64,000 nucleotides of DNA from Chloroflexota bacterium (GTDB taxonomy: Bacteria; Chloroflexota; Dehalococcoidia; Dehalococcoidales; UBA2162), in NCBI GenBank assembly GCA_016190825.1, contig JACPPV010000032.1, positions 4,364-68,363 on the forward strand, written 5' to 3'. Position numbers and translations under genes: made by a program. The notes beneath the pieces were generated by a model that saw only the letters and a program-made list of their open reading frames with translations, was not told the DNA's origin and did no database searches. Positions 29,541-39,118 of the stretch are shown here, piece after piece. The first letter of the stretch is position 1, and every line of letters starts with the position of its first letter.

Positions 29541-30373
29541 TGCGTATTTCAATAAACCAGGTCAGGGAGATGAAGCAAAATGGTGAGAAGATCACCATGC
29601 TTACAAGCTATGACTATGCTACGGCTAAGATTGTGGACGAAGTGGGCATACCCCTCATTCTGGTGGGAGACAGCCTGGGGATGGTGGTGCTCGGCTACGA
29701 ATCAACCATCCCGGTCACTATGGAGGACATGCTGCATCATACCAAGGCCGTGGTCCGTGCGACGAAGAACGCGTTGGTGGTCGGTGACATGCCCTTCATG
29801 ACCTATCAGGTCAGTGTTGAGGACGCCCTGCGCAATGCCGGACGGTTTATCCAGGAAGCCGGTTGCCAGGCCGTGAAGCTGGAGGGAGGGGTGACCGTTG
29901 CCGAGAAGGTAAGGCGGATTGTGCAGTGCGGCATACCCGTGATGGGACACATCGGCCTTACGCCACAGTCAATCAACCAGCTTGGCGGCTACCGGATCCA
30001 GGGCAGGAGCCCCGAGGCCGCTTCGCGACTATTGCAGGATGCACTCGCGCTGGAAGATGCCGGGGCCTTTTCTATTGTCCTTGAGACCGTGCCGGCACCG
30101 CTGGCAACACTCATTTCGCAGAGGTTGACGATTCCCACCATCGGCATTGGCGCGGGCGCCGGCTGCGATGGCCAGGTCCAGGTGATCAATGACATCCTGG
30201 GGTCATTTACTGATTTCGTTCCCAAGCACGCCAGGCAGTATGCGAAACTGACCGATGTTATCCGCAAGGCCGTGTCCGATTATTTCAGCGAGGTCAAGTC
30301 AGGCGCTTTCCCTACGGACAAGCAAAGCTTCACCATGGACGAAAGCGTTCTGGCCGAGCTAAAGGCGAAGTAG
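29537..30373 (+). CDS. panB: 3-methyl-2-oxobutanoate hydroxymethyltransferase
   Basis: [26 protein letters not shown]. Confidence 0.97.
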   Translation: MMRISINQVREMKQNGEKITMLTSYDYATAKIVDEVGIPLILVGDSLGMVVLGYESTIPVTMEDMLHHTKAVVRATKNALVVGDMPFMTYQVSVEDALRNAGRFIQEAGCQAVKLEGGVTVAEKVRRIVQCGIPVMGHIGLTPQSINQLGGYRIQGRSPEAASRLLQDALALEDAGAFSIVLETVPAPLATLISQRLTIPTIGIGAGAGCDGQVQVINDILGSFTDFVPKHARQYAKLTDVIRKAVSDYFSEVKSGAFPTDKQSFTMDESVLAELKAK

Positions 30374-30418
30374 ACACTGGCTTTACTCATTGAATAGCCG
30401 ACCAGTACTACCATCAGC

Positions 30419-31255
30419 ATGAAAGTCATTGAAACCATCGCAGAGATGAAACGTGTCAGGCTGGAGCTACCCGGCTCGGTGGCTCTTGTGCCGACGATGG
30501 GCTACCTCCATGATGGGCATCTCGAGCTGGTGAGGCGTGCCAAAGCGGAAAACAGGTGGGGAGTCGTCAGCATTTTCGTTAATCCTACGCAGTTCGCGCC
30601 GCATGAGGACTATACCGCCTATCTCAGGGATATCCCGCGGGACCTCGCCATGCTGGAAAAGGTGAATGCGGACATGGTCTTTATCCCGTCGGCGGATGAG
30701 ATGTACCGCACAGGGCACCATACCTGGGTGAACGTGGAACAGATTACCGACCGACTGGAGGGGGAAATACGCCCCGGGCATTTTCGTGGTGTAGCCACGG
30801 TATGTAACAAGCTGTTTAATATCGTCCAGCCAGCGAGGGCATACTTCGGGCAGAAGGATGCACAGCAGCTTGTGGTCATCAGAAGGATGGTTTCCGATCT
30901 GAATATGAACCTTGAGGTCGTGAATGTGCCGACAGTGCGTGAGGCGGATGGTCTGGCGATGAGTAGCCGTAATACGTACCTTTCTCCCGATGAGCGTCGG
31001 GCTGCCGTAGTGCTGTATCATGCGCTGAAGCTGGCGCAGAAAATGTGGTCGCAGGGCGATCGGGACCCCCACCGCATGCGGCATGAGATGATCAAACTCA
31101 TTGAAGAAGAGCCGCTGGTGGAGAAGATTGACTACGTGAGCGTAGCCGACTCCGAGACCCTGGAGGAGCTGCATGAGGTCAGTCCGCGGGCGCTGGTATC
31201 GCTGGCGGTAAAGATCGGCCGCCCGAGGCTGATAGACAATATTGTGCTGGAATAG
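30419..31255 (+). CDS. panC: Pantoate-beta-alanine ligase
   Basis: PTMGYLHDGH, RPGHFRGV, FGQKDAQQ, GLAMSSRN, RLIDN. Confidence 0.97.
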   Translation: MKVIETIAEMKRVRLELPGSVALVPTMGYLHDGHLELVRRAKAENRWGVVSIFVNPTQFAPHEDYTAYLRDIPRDLAMLEKVNADMVFIPSADEMYRTGHHTWVNVEQITDRLEGEIRPGHFRGVATVCNKLFNIVQPARAYFGQKDAQQLVVIRRMVSDLNMNLEVVNVPTVREADGLAMSSRNTYLSPDERRAAVVLYHALKLAQKMWSQGDRDPHRMRHEMIKLIEEEPLVEKIDYVSVADSETLEELHEVSPRALVSLAVKIGRPRLIDNIVLE

Positions 31256-31377
31256 CAAGCGTCGTGCTCGGCATTCACCATCCCTCCGGTCAAAAGTGGG
31301 GTTCAAAGTTCCACCTGCGAAGCCAAGCATGGTGTAGCGACAGCGCCTGCAGTGCGAGTTTACTGCATAGCTGTTCA

Positions 31378-31534
31378 CTGGTGTTTGGTTACGCAAAAAG
31401 CATAAAACTGAGACCGTTCGCCCTGACCTTCCTTGAGCTTGTCGAAAAAGCCTGTCGAAGGGCGCGGCGATGGTTCGACGAGCTGACGATGAACGGCGTG
31501 AATCATAACGGTTATTTATGCAACTAAGTACTAG
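31378..31534. mobile_element. MITE-like element, second copy of the 4631-4834 family
   Basis: Right end TTTATGCAACTAAGTACTAG; inner GAGACCGTTCGCCC..ATGAACGGCG shared with copy 1. Confidence 0.6.
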
Positions 31535-31560
31535 ACTGTCAACAGGCTGGTCTCACTTTC

Positions 31561-32901
31561 CTACAGACTGAACGCCAGTTGATAGCTGGTTTGCCGAGGA
31601 GCGGACTCATTCTGGCGGTTCAGCTTGGCCGGTGCTGGCAAAACGGGATTATGGAAGGTAAAGATTTTACCCTCGTAGTTTCTCGCCACCAGTTCATCTT
31701 CAGTTTGAGACAGCACGTAGTTCGGCTGGAGCGGTATCTTGCCTCCACCGCCTGGCAGGTCAACGACGAATGTTGGGATAGCCAATCCGGAGGTATGCCC
31801 CCGCATTCCTTCGATGATCTTTATGCCCACCCGTACCGGCGTCCGCAGGTGCTCTGTCCCCTGGACCTCGTCGCACTGGAAGAGATAGTAGGGGCGCACC
31901 TTGATTTTGAGCAACCCCTGGCAGAGCTTGAGCTGCGTCTTGACGGTATCATTAACACCGCGCAGCAGCACTGATTGGTTGTTCACCACAATCCCGGCGC
32001 GTACCAGCCGATCGCAGGCAGCCGCCGCTTCAAGCGTTATCTCCCGATAGTGATTGAAATGTGTGTTCAGCCATATCGGCCCGTACTTCGAAAGCATGGC
32101 GCAAAGCTCACCATCAATCCGCTGGGGCAGGACGACGGGGAATCTCGTGCCGATGCGGATAATCTCCACGTGCTCTATCTGCCTCAGCCTGGCGATGACC
32201 CCTTCGAGGCGGTCGGTGGAAAGAGTCAGAGGATCGCCCCCGGATATGATGACGTCTCTAACGGCTTTGGTCTTTCGGATATAGTTGAGCATAGCCTCAA
32301 TTTCTTCGTCCGAACGCACCCAGCCGCCATCGTGCCATTCACGTTTGCGGGTGCAGTGCCGGCAGAGCATGGGGCATATATCCGTCAGGACCATCACCAG
32401 TCGGTCCGGATAGCGGTGCACCAGTCCCGGGACCACGGAGTGCTTTCTCTCCTCAAGGGGGTCCTCGAAACCCATACTGGAAAGGGCGATCTCCCGAAAA
32501 GAAGGCACAGCCTGCTTCTTGATGGGATCATGCGGGTCACTCGGGTTAATTAATGATAAATAGTAAGGGGTTATCGAAAGGGGATATCTTTCGGTGACCA
32601 GTTTGAGGCGGAGCTTTTCCTTGTCCGAAAGGGGAATGAATCTCGCCAGTTGATCTATGCTGGTGATCCGGTTGCGGAATTGCCACTTCCAGTCGTTCCA
32701 GGTTCCCCTGGGAATCCGGGCGAAAGAGGCAATATCAAATGAGGCTAGATTACTGCCTGGAGGTTCTTCATCCTCCTGGGCGTGCTTTGATACGGGGCAA
32801 CTGGGGGGTTCTTCCTCCAGGTCCTTGAGAGGTTCACTTGTCGCCGGGGCTGACTTGGTCGTCACTTTGTACTCCTTGTATTCTAATTTTTCAGCGCTCA
32901 C
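31561..32901 (-). CDS. kamA: KamA-family radical SAM, lysine 2,3-aminomutase type
   Basis: LVHRYPDR, CPMLCRHC, YLFQCD, FVVDLPGGGGKIP (PLP Lys). Confidence 0.9.
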   Translation of the reverse strand: MSAEKLEYKEYKVTTKSAPATSEPLKDLEEEPPSCPVSKHAQEDEEPPGSNLASFDIASFARIPRGTWNDWKWQFRNRITSIDQLARFIPLSDKEKLRLKLVTERYPLSITPYYLSLINPSDPHDPIKKQAVPSFREIALSSMGFEDPLEERKHSVVPGLVHRYPDRLVMVLTDICPMLCRHCTRKREWHDGGWVRSDEEIEAMLNYIRKTKAVRDVIISGGDPLTLSTDRLEGVIARLRQIEHVEIIRIGTRFPVVLPQRIDGELCAMLSKYGPIWLNTHFNHYREITLEAAAACDRLVRAGIVVNNQSVLLRGVNDTVKTQLKLCQGLLKIKVRPYYLFQCDEVQGTEHLRTPVRVGIKIIEGMRGHTSGLAIPTFVVDLPGGGGKIPLQPNYVLSQTEDELVARNYEGKIFTFHNPVLPAPAKLNRQNESAPRQTSYQLAFSL

Positions 32902-33004
32902 CGCGCTTATGCTTCAACATCACTTATAGCATCAGGGAAACCAGTTGTCAATGGCTTCTGAAGCTGCCTGCCATAATTCTATGATTCTTTTGTGTCATGC
33001 GGCA

Positions 33005-33038
33005 AATTGAAAGGGGGGCCCTTCGGTGGCACCCCCTT
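33005..33038 (-). terminator. Intrinsic terminator after the small basic ORF
   Basis: GC-rich hairpin (G-run/C-run stem, cgaa loop) followed by TTTCAATTT on the minus strand. Confidence 0.6.
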
Positions 33039-33063
33039 ATACAGTCCTTTCAAGTAATGACAG

Positions 33064-33186
33064 CTATTTACCCAATGCGGTCTCTTCCTTCTTCCTTATC
33101 GGCCGAGTGCCGTGGCCATGCTTCACTCCCTTGAAGGCCGCTTGATATTTGGCTCTTTGTTCCGCCTTAGCCTGTTTCCTCCCCAA
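33064..33186 (-). CDS. Small basic protein, 40 aa (not in the ORF track)
   Basis: AAGGGAGG SD, TTG start, MGRKQAKAEQRAKYQAAFKGVKHGHGTRPIRKKEETALGK, downstream terminator. Confidence 0.65.
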   Translation of the reverse strand: MGRKQAKAEQRAKYQAAFKGVKHGHGTRPIRKKEETALGK

Positions 33187-33243
33187 TTGTTTCCTCCCTT
33201 GTTCCGTTGCTCGTTTTCAGTGTAACGTTCTCAGGAGATGCTG

Positions 33244-34341
33244 TCAAGCCGTCCTTTCCACCACCGTCCCGGACGCAATCCGGCTGCCGGGGGTTATGTG
33301 AGAACCTTCACAAACGGTGACGTTGTCGCCGAGGACGGCTTCTTCGACGACGCTGTTCGCTTGAAAGTAGCAGTGGTCCGCCACAATCGAGTTCTTAACG
33401 CAGACCCTCGGGCCTATCCAAGCTCCGGTCCAGATGACGGAATTTTCGATGACGCTCTCAGCCGAAATGTTGCAGCCATCGCCGATGGTCAGGGGGCCGA
33501 CAAGTTGCACCCTGTTTCCGATGAAGCAACCACTTCCGATAAGCACCGGCCCGGTTATCTGAGCGGAAGGGCTTACATTGCTGTCCTGCCCGACCCGCAC
33601 ACTTTGCGCGGGGTTGAAAATGTCCAGACCCGACAGGTCGGGACTCATAATGTCGGCTTGCAGCTTGAGATACTTGTCCGGGGTGCCGATATCAAGCCAG
33701 TACGCTGAAGAAGCATAAGCGTAAAGTGGCTTTCCCTGCGTCAGCAGTTGCGGAAAAGTCTGCCGTTCGATACTAACTTCAGTCCGGGACATAATTTGAG
33801 CCAGGGCCTCCGGCTCAAGCACGTAGGTGCCGATATTCACCATATTGCCGGTCGCCTCGCCGGCGGCGGGCTTTTCCCTGAAGCTCAGTATCCTGCTCTC
33901 GGCATCGGTCTCAATTACGCCGTAGTGGGTGGGATCATCCGCCCGAGCAAGGGCGATGGTTGCCAGTGCTTTTTTTTGTCGGTGGAAATCAATCATGACA
34001 GAGATATCGAGGTCGGTAAAGACGTCACCGTTTAAAGCGATGAAGGTGCCATCAAGGAGTTTCTCCACGTTCTTGATTCCCCCGGCAGTGCCGCGGGGAG
34101 AGTCTTCCAGAACGTATTTGAGCTTGACGCCAAAACCGCTGCCATCCTTGAAATAGGCTTCGACAGGTTCCGCGAGGTGACCCAGCGACAGGACTATCTC
34201 CGTTATCCCGTGCCGGCTGAGGTGGCGAATAACGTGTTCAAGAAAAGGAGTGTTCAGCACCGGTACCATGGCTTTGGGCAAGTTGGCGGTCAGCGGATGA
34301 AGCCTGGTTGCCTTACCCCCGACCAGTATGACGGCTTTCAT
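33244..34341 (-). CDS. NDP-sugar pyrophosphorylase (mannose-1-P guanylyltransferase-like) with LbH domain
   Basis: ILVGGKATRLHPLT..PK, GTAGGI, NGDV, WLDIGTP, hexapeptide repeats. Confidence 0.92.
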   Translation of the reverse strand: MKAVILVGGKATRLHPLTANLPKAMVPVLNTPFLEHVIRHLSRHGITEIVLSLGHLAEPVEAYFKDGSGFGVKLKYVLEDSPRGTAGGIKNVEKLLDGTFIALNGDVFTDLDISVMIDFHRQKKALATIALARADDPTHYGVIETDAESRILSFREKPAAGEATGNMVNIGTYVLEPEALAQIMSRTEVSIERQTFPQLLTQGKPLYAYASSAYWLDIGTPDKYLKLQADIMSPDLSGLDIFNPAQSVRVGQDSNVSPSAQITGPVLIGSGCFIGNRVQLVGPLTIGDGCNISAESVIENSVIWTGAWIGPRVCVKNSIVADHCYFQANSVVEEAVLGDNVTVCEGSHITPGSRIASGTVVERTA

Positions 34342-34404
34342 TGCGGTTCTCCAGCGTAGATATTCGCAGTTGCGGAATTTTAGCACATTTTAGCGGAGTT
34401 GTTA

Positions 34405-35139
34405 CTATCCCCCTGGCCCTTTCCTCAACGTCAGCGCCGCCAGCACCGAAGTCAGCACGGCAAATCCTGCCAGTACCGCAAGGTCTACCCATACATCCGG
34501 AAGACCCTTGCCGGTGAGCATAATTTCCCGCATGCCGTCAACGGCGTAGGTCAGCGGTAAAATGTGAGCAAACCATTGCAGGTAGTCCGGCATCTGCTCG
34601 ACCGGCCAGAGAAGGCCTCCCATGAACATCTGCGGCAGGATAACCAGCGGGATGAACTGTACCATCTGGAACTCGTTACGGGCGAAAGAGGAGATAAATA
34701 TGCCCAGGTTCACCGCCCCGATAATTACGGCCACCTGGAATACCAGAATCTCCCAGAGCTGCCCGCGATAGGTGATATCGAAAACATAGATGGTGTAAAA
34801 CAGGATGATGAGGGTTTGTATCAGGGCAAAGACGAAAAAGCCGAAGAGGTAGCCCACGACAATATCTAGCCTGGTAACCGGCGATACCGTAAGGCGCTCC
34901 ATTGTCCCCTGGGAACGCTCCCGCAGGAAACTGATACCGGTAAGCAGGAAGCCGAAGAAAAAGGCTAGGGCGGCAAGCAGAGCAGGGGCGATGTAGTCCA
35001 GCACTTTCAAATCCGGGAAGCTCAGGCCAATGAGCGTCATGACCACCAGCGGAACAACCAGGATCATGGCTAGCGTCCGGTGGTCACGCCTTATCTGGGT
35101 AATTACCCGTTTTGCGATTGTCCACACGGCGTCAGTCAT
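34405..35139 (-). CDS. ABC-2 type permease
   Basis: Six TM helices, RERSQGTMERL, LPLTYAVDG. Confidence 0.9.
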   Translation of the reverse strand: MTDAVWTIAKRVITQIRRDHRTLAMILVVPLVVMTLIGLSFPDLKVLDYIAPALLAALAFFFGFLLTGISFLRERSQGTMERLTVSPVTRLDIVVGYLFGFFVFALIQTLIILFYTIYVFDITYRGQLWEILVFQVAVIIGAVNLGIFISSFARNEFQMVQFIPLVILPQMFMGGLLWPVEQMPDYLQWFAHILPLTYAVDGMREIMLTGKGLPDVWVDLAVLAGFAVLTSVLAALTLRKGPGG

Positions 35140-35878
35140 CTGGGGTCTCCTTTCCCCGGCGGACGAAGTAAAGGAAAGCATCTTCCAGGCTCGCCCGGGG
35201 GCTGCCGGTAGCCAGCCTCAATTCGTCTGGCGTTCCTTCGGCGATGACCTTCCCATCCCGGATAAAGCCCAGCCGGTCGCAATGGGCGGCGTCATCCATC
35301 GTGTGACTTGAAATGACGAGGGTAGTGCCCTGTTTGGTCAGCGAAGAAAAGAATTCCCAGAAACTCGCCCGCAGCTCGGGGTCCAGACCCACAGTGGGTT
35401 CATCCAGGAAGAGGAGCGGTGGACTGTGCACAATAGCGCAAGCGAGACTAGTCCTCTGTTTCATACCGCCGCTCAGGTTTTGCACGGCATCGTCCCGCCG
35501 CCCCCAGAGGTCAACGAGCTTGAGTGCTTTTTCCACCTGCTGCGCCCGTTTGGCATTATCGTGCAGGCGGTAGATATGGGCAAAGAAATCCACATTTTGC
35601 AGGACGGTAAGCTCGCCATAAAGGGATTGGAGCTGGGGCATGTAGCCGATAAACGGCGATTTCTTCCTGGAAATCAGTTGTCCCATGATGTGTATATCAC
35701 CGGATTTCGGTCTCAACAGGCCCACCAGCAGGCGGATAAGCGTAGTTTTCCCGGCGCCGTTGGGTCCCAATAACCCGAAGGCAGTACCAGCGGGAATATC
35801 TAGTGAAAGGTCTTTCAGCACTTCCCGACGCCCGAAACCAAACGTAACATGATTTACGGAAACGGCGATGCTCGTCAT
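35132..35878 (-). CDS. ABC transporter ATP-binding protein
   Basis: GPNGAGKT, LSGGM, LDEPT. Confidence 0.95.
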   Translation of the reverse strand: MTSIAVSVNHVTFGFGRREVLKDLSLDIPAGTAFGLLGPNGAGKTTLIRLLVGLLRPKSGDIHIMGQLISRKKSPFIGYMPQLQSLYGELTVLQNVDFFAHIYRLHDNAKRAQQVEKALKLVDLWGRRDDAVQNLSGGMKQRTSLACAIVHSPPLLFLDEPTVGLDPELRASFWEFFSSLTKQGTTLVISSHTMDDAAHCDRLGFIRDGKVIAEGTPDELRLATGSPRASLEDAFLYFVRRGKETPDD

Positions 35879-36000
35879 TGGACACCATCCTTCCACATCC
35901 CACGTGTTAACAGCGTCTCCATATTATAGGACATTTTTCGCTTTCATTGAACGTCTTCTGAAACTTTCGTGGGGCAGTCGGTTATGCTATCATGTTCGGC

Positions 36001-36615
36001 GTGTTGCTTTTTGGCCATATCGGGATTACCCTCGGTGCTGTCTGGGCAACTAATCGTTTTTTACAGGCAAGGGAGCGCCGCCGGGCAAAAGCTCCGGTTG
36101 ATGCTCAGAACGTCACCTCTTCGCGGACGTCATTTTCTCAAAAAGTCCTTTCCTTTACCGGCAAGCTGGACTACCGGCTCGTCTTGTTTGCCGCAATGCT
36201 GCCCGATGTCATTGATAAACCCATCGGGCAATTTTTCTTCAGGGAGGTCTTTAGCTACGGCCGGATATTCGCCCATACGCTCCTTTTTCTGATCCTTATT
36301 ACGCTGGGCGGGCTGTACCTGTATCGGAGCCGCTGCCAGACATGGCTGCTCACCCTGTCCATCGGCACTTTCGCTCATCTGGTTCTCGACCAGTTATGGA
36401 GGGTGCCCCGGACTCTTTTCTGGCCGCTCCTGGGTTTCACCTTCGACAGAATCAGCCTGAGCGAATGGATGCCAAATATTTTTCGTGCCCTTTTGACAGA
36501 CCCACAATCATATGTTCCGGAACTTGTTGGGTTGGCGATCCTCACCTATCTGGCGGTAAGGCTGAGGCAGAGAAAAGCGGTTCTCACTTTTTTCAGGTCG
36601 GGAAAGCTGGATTGA
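36001..36615 (+). CDS. Membrane-bound metal-dependent hydrolase (YdjM-like)
   Basis: GH, LPDVIDK, AHTLLF, HLVLD; GTG 7 nt after TGcTATCAT (likely leaderless). Confidence 0.85.
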   Translation: MLLFGHIGITLGAVWATNRFLQARERRRAKAPVDAQNVTSSRTSFSQKVLSFTGKLDYRLVLFAAMLPDVIDKPIGQFFFREVFSYGRIFAHTLLFLILITLGGLYLYRSRCQTWLLTLSIGTFAHLVLDQLWRVPRTLFWPLLGFTFDRISLSEWMPNIFRALLTDPQSYVPELVGLAILTYLAVRLRQRKAVLTFFRSGKLD

Positions 36616-36623
36616 CCTTTATT

Positions 36624-38174
36624 TCAAACTGTAATTACGGCGTGTCCCTTCCTGCCAAGCTCGAAGGTGTTGAATGCCAGCGCTTCGGCGTCGTGATTAC
36701 GACATGAAATGATCACCACGTTCGCCTGTTTGTCCCCTTTAGCCAGAACGTCAGCCAGCGCTCTGGTTGCCGGATTGAGGCGGGCGTTAGCGCTGAGGGC
36801 TCCGTATTCCAGCCGTAGTAGCCCGGCCAGCTTTTCTGAGGCCTGGCTCTCTGCCGACTGGAGACGGCTGATATTCGCCTTCAGCCGCAAAATATCGGGC
36901 GGATTCAGGTATCTTTTGGGGTTGACAATGGTAACTATTTCCCGGGCAAGCTGAATAGATTGTGGGAGCAACCGCTGCCCGGACAGCGAACCAGTGGTCA
37001 GCTTCACACCCCGGTGATCATAGGCAGCCAGCGCTGCCGGGATGCTGTCCTGAGCCAGTGAAAGCGCTGTGACTATGATATTGTAAGCCAGCTTGTCCGC
37101 CTCTTCGGCATTACCGGCAGCCAGGTTTATCAGCAATATGGCCGACCGCCCGTGAAACTCGGTAAATTCCTTGGAAACCAGCTCGTTGTATTTTACCGAG
37201 TGCTTCCAATCTATGTTTTTCAGGCTGTCCCCCGGCTGGTATTGCCGGTTGCCGTAATATTCGACGCCTCTCCTCAGACCGTAGGTTGGTTTCAGCGCGG
37301 CCACGTTTGATATCAGCGGCAGGATGCCGGGGTTGCTTCCAGCCATGTACTTCCTTGCCAGCCAATCGGCATATCTGGCCCGCGGAATTACAAAGAGCCG
37401 CAGCGGTTCAAGTTCAAAGTTAACACGGAAAAGCCCCCAACGGTCGGTAGCCTGGGCTTCGAGTTTGACCAGCGAAGGACCTGACAGCTCCGGCGAGAAA
37501 GAAATATCGATGTTCAGTTCGCCGCCCTGCAACGGCATTCTGGCGGGGGCTGCTCTAAGCCACTTGTACGGCGATCTGACAAACAAAAGCCCTCCAATCT
37601 CTGTCTGAACGGTCAGCTTGACGCTTGCGTCAGCCCTGGCGCCGGCAAGTATCCGCTGCTGGAGTTGTATCTCCTTCACCGGCCTGCCGGGCAGCTTCCG
37701 GTAAGCGAATGCCCCCAGCACGGCGAGGTATGCGCTTGCTGCCAGACACGCCAGAAGAAGGGAAAAACTGTTAAGGAGCAGGGAAACCAGCAGTACCAGC
37801 GCTGTAATTGCGCCGAGGGTGACAAATGTGTCCGTCGGGCGGCGGTCCCCTTTGCTTTTTCGATAGTTAGCTGAAGCGGCGGCCACTTCCAGGTGTAAAT
37901 GGAAGAGTAAGAGTGCCGGCAGGGCAATAAGTGGTGAAAAGAGCGGACCGGTACGGGCTGAGAACAGCAGGGCGATGGCGAGAAACATGAAATATCCGGT
38001 CAGAAGTTGCACAACCGGAGCGAGACGCCAGCGCCAGAGGAAAAGATGCCAGATGAGGAGCAATATCGGAACAAAAGAGAGGGCTGCCGGCGACAGCGCC
38101 GCGGCGGCTGCCAGTGCTATCGCGATGTAAGTCATTAAGAAAGGGACAAGGTGCCGGTTCCGGAGTATGCTCAT
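36624..38174 (-). CDS. Membrane-anchored DUF58 protein
   Basis: EYYGNRQYQPGDSLKNIDWKHS..LVSKEF; N-terminal TM helices; follows MoxR. Confidence 0.88.
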   Translation of the reverse strand: MSILRNRHLVPFLMTYIAIALAAAAALSPAALSFVPILLLIWHLFLWRWRLAPVVQLLTGYFMFLAIALLFSARTGPLFSPLIALPALLLFHLHLEVAAASANYRKSKGDRRPTDTFVTLGAITALVLLVSLLLNSFSLLLACLAASAYLAVLGAFAYRKLPGRPVKEIQLQQRILAGARADASVKLTVQTEIGGLLFVRSPYKWLRAAPARMPLQGGELNIDISFSPELSGPSLVKLEAQATDRWGLFRVNFELEPLRLFVIPRARYADWLARKYMAGSNPGILPLISNVAALKPTYGLRRGVEYYGNRQYQPGDSLKNIDWKHSVKYNELVSKEFTEFHGRSAILLINLAAGNAEEADKLAYNIIVTALSLAQDSIPAALAAYDHRGVKLTTGSLSGQRLLPQSIQLAREIVTIVNPKRYLNPPDILRLKANISRLQSAESQASEKLAGLLRLEYGALSANARLNPATRALADVLAKGDKQANVVIISCRNHDAEALAFNTFELGRKGHAVITV

Positions 38175-39118
38175 AGTTTCAGCTTCGGCACCGCTACACT
38201 TTCCAGCGCCCTTTTCAGAACAATTTGCGGGGTAATATCATCCATTTCAGACTCGGGCTTGATCTTGAGCCTATGCTCCATGGAGGGACACACCAAGTGC
38301 TTGATGTCATCGGGAATAACGAAATCACGGCCATCCAGTAAGGCTAACGCCCGCGAGCATTTGTAGAGCGCGATGCTGCCCCTGATGCTGGGCCCCCCTG
38401 CCACGTCCGTGTCCGAACGCACGGCTTCAACAATCGACATTGCGTATTCCACTATCTCCGGGGAGACGTGGACTGTTTTTGTCAGATCTCGCAGTTCCGC
38501 TATTTCATCCAGCGTGGTCACCGGGGTGATGGCAGTCTCATCAATCCGGTCAATATTGTTCAAAATCTGCGTCTCCTCTTCCTTCGTGGAATACTTGCTG
38601 AACACTCGCAGCAGGAACCGGTCCGCCTGCACATCCGTCAGGGGATAGGTGCCCTCGGCCCCTGCCTGGACCTGTGTGGCTATGACCATGAACGGCTCGG
38701 GCAGGTGGAAGGTCGTCCTTTCAATGGTAACCTGGTGTTCCTGCATGGACTCGAGGAGGGCGGACTGTGTTCTGGGCGTGGTGCGGTTAAGCTCATCGGC
38801 AAGGACGATATTGGCGAATATCGGACCCTCGATCAGCCGGGAGTCACCGTTGGGAGAATAGATGTAAAAGCCGGTGATATCCGCCGGCAGCATATCTGGG
38901 GTGAACTGGACCCTCTTGAACTTGCCGCCGATTGCCTGGGCAAAGGCTTTGGCAAGGGTGGTCTTGGCAGTGCCCGGGAATCCCTCGATTAGCAGGTGCC
39001 CGCCGGCAATAAGTGCCAGCATCAGGGCTTCTTTAACATCGTCTTTGCCGATGGTCGCCCTGGAGACTTCCTTGAGGACCCTCTGGTACAGGTCTGCGAC
39101 TCTGGTAATTTCAGCCAA
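38171..39118 (-). CDS. MoxR-family AAA+ ATPase
   Basis: EGFPGTAKT, QFTPDMLPAD, DELNR, QSALLE, DRF. Confidence 0.95.
   Translation of the reverse strand: MAEITRVADLYQRVLKEVSRATIGKDDVKEALMLALIAGGHLLIEGFPGTAKTTLAKAFAQAIGGKFKRVQFTPDMLPADITGFYIYSPNGDSRLIEGPIFANIVLADELNRTTPRTQSALLESMQEHQVTIERTTFHLPEPFMVIATQVQAGAEGTYPLTDVQADRFLLRVFSKYSTKEEETQILNNIDRIDETAITPVTTLDEIAELRDLTKTVHVSPEIVEYAMSIVEAVRSDTDVAGGPSIRGSIALYKCSRALALLDGRDFVIPDDIKHLVCPSMEHRLKIKPESEMDDITPQIVLKRALESVAVPKLKL

Noticed and set aside
31561-32901. KamA as a beta-alanine source for the adjacent pan operon
   Set aside because: panD is intact, the genes are convergent, and the lysine-specific residues are retained.
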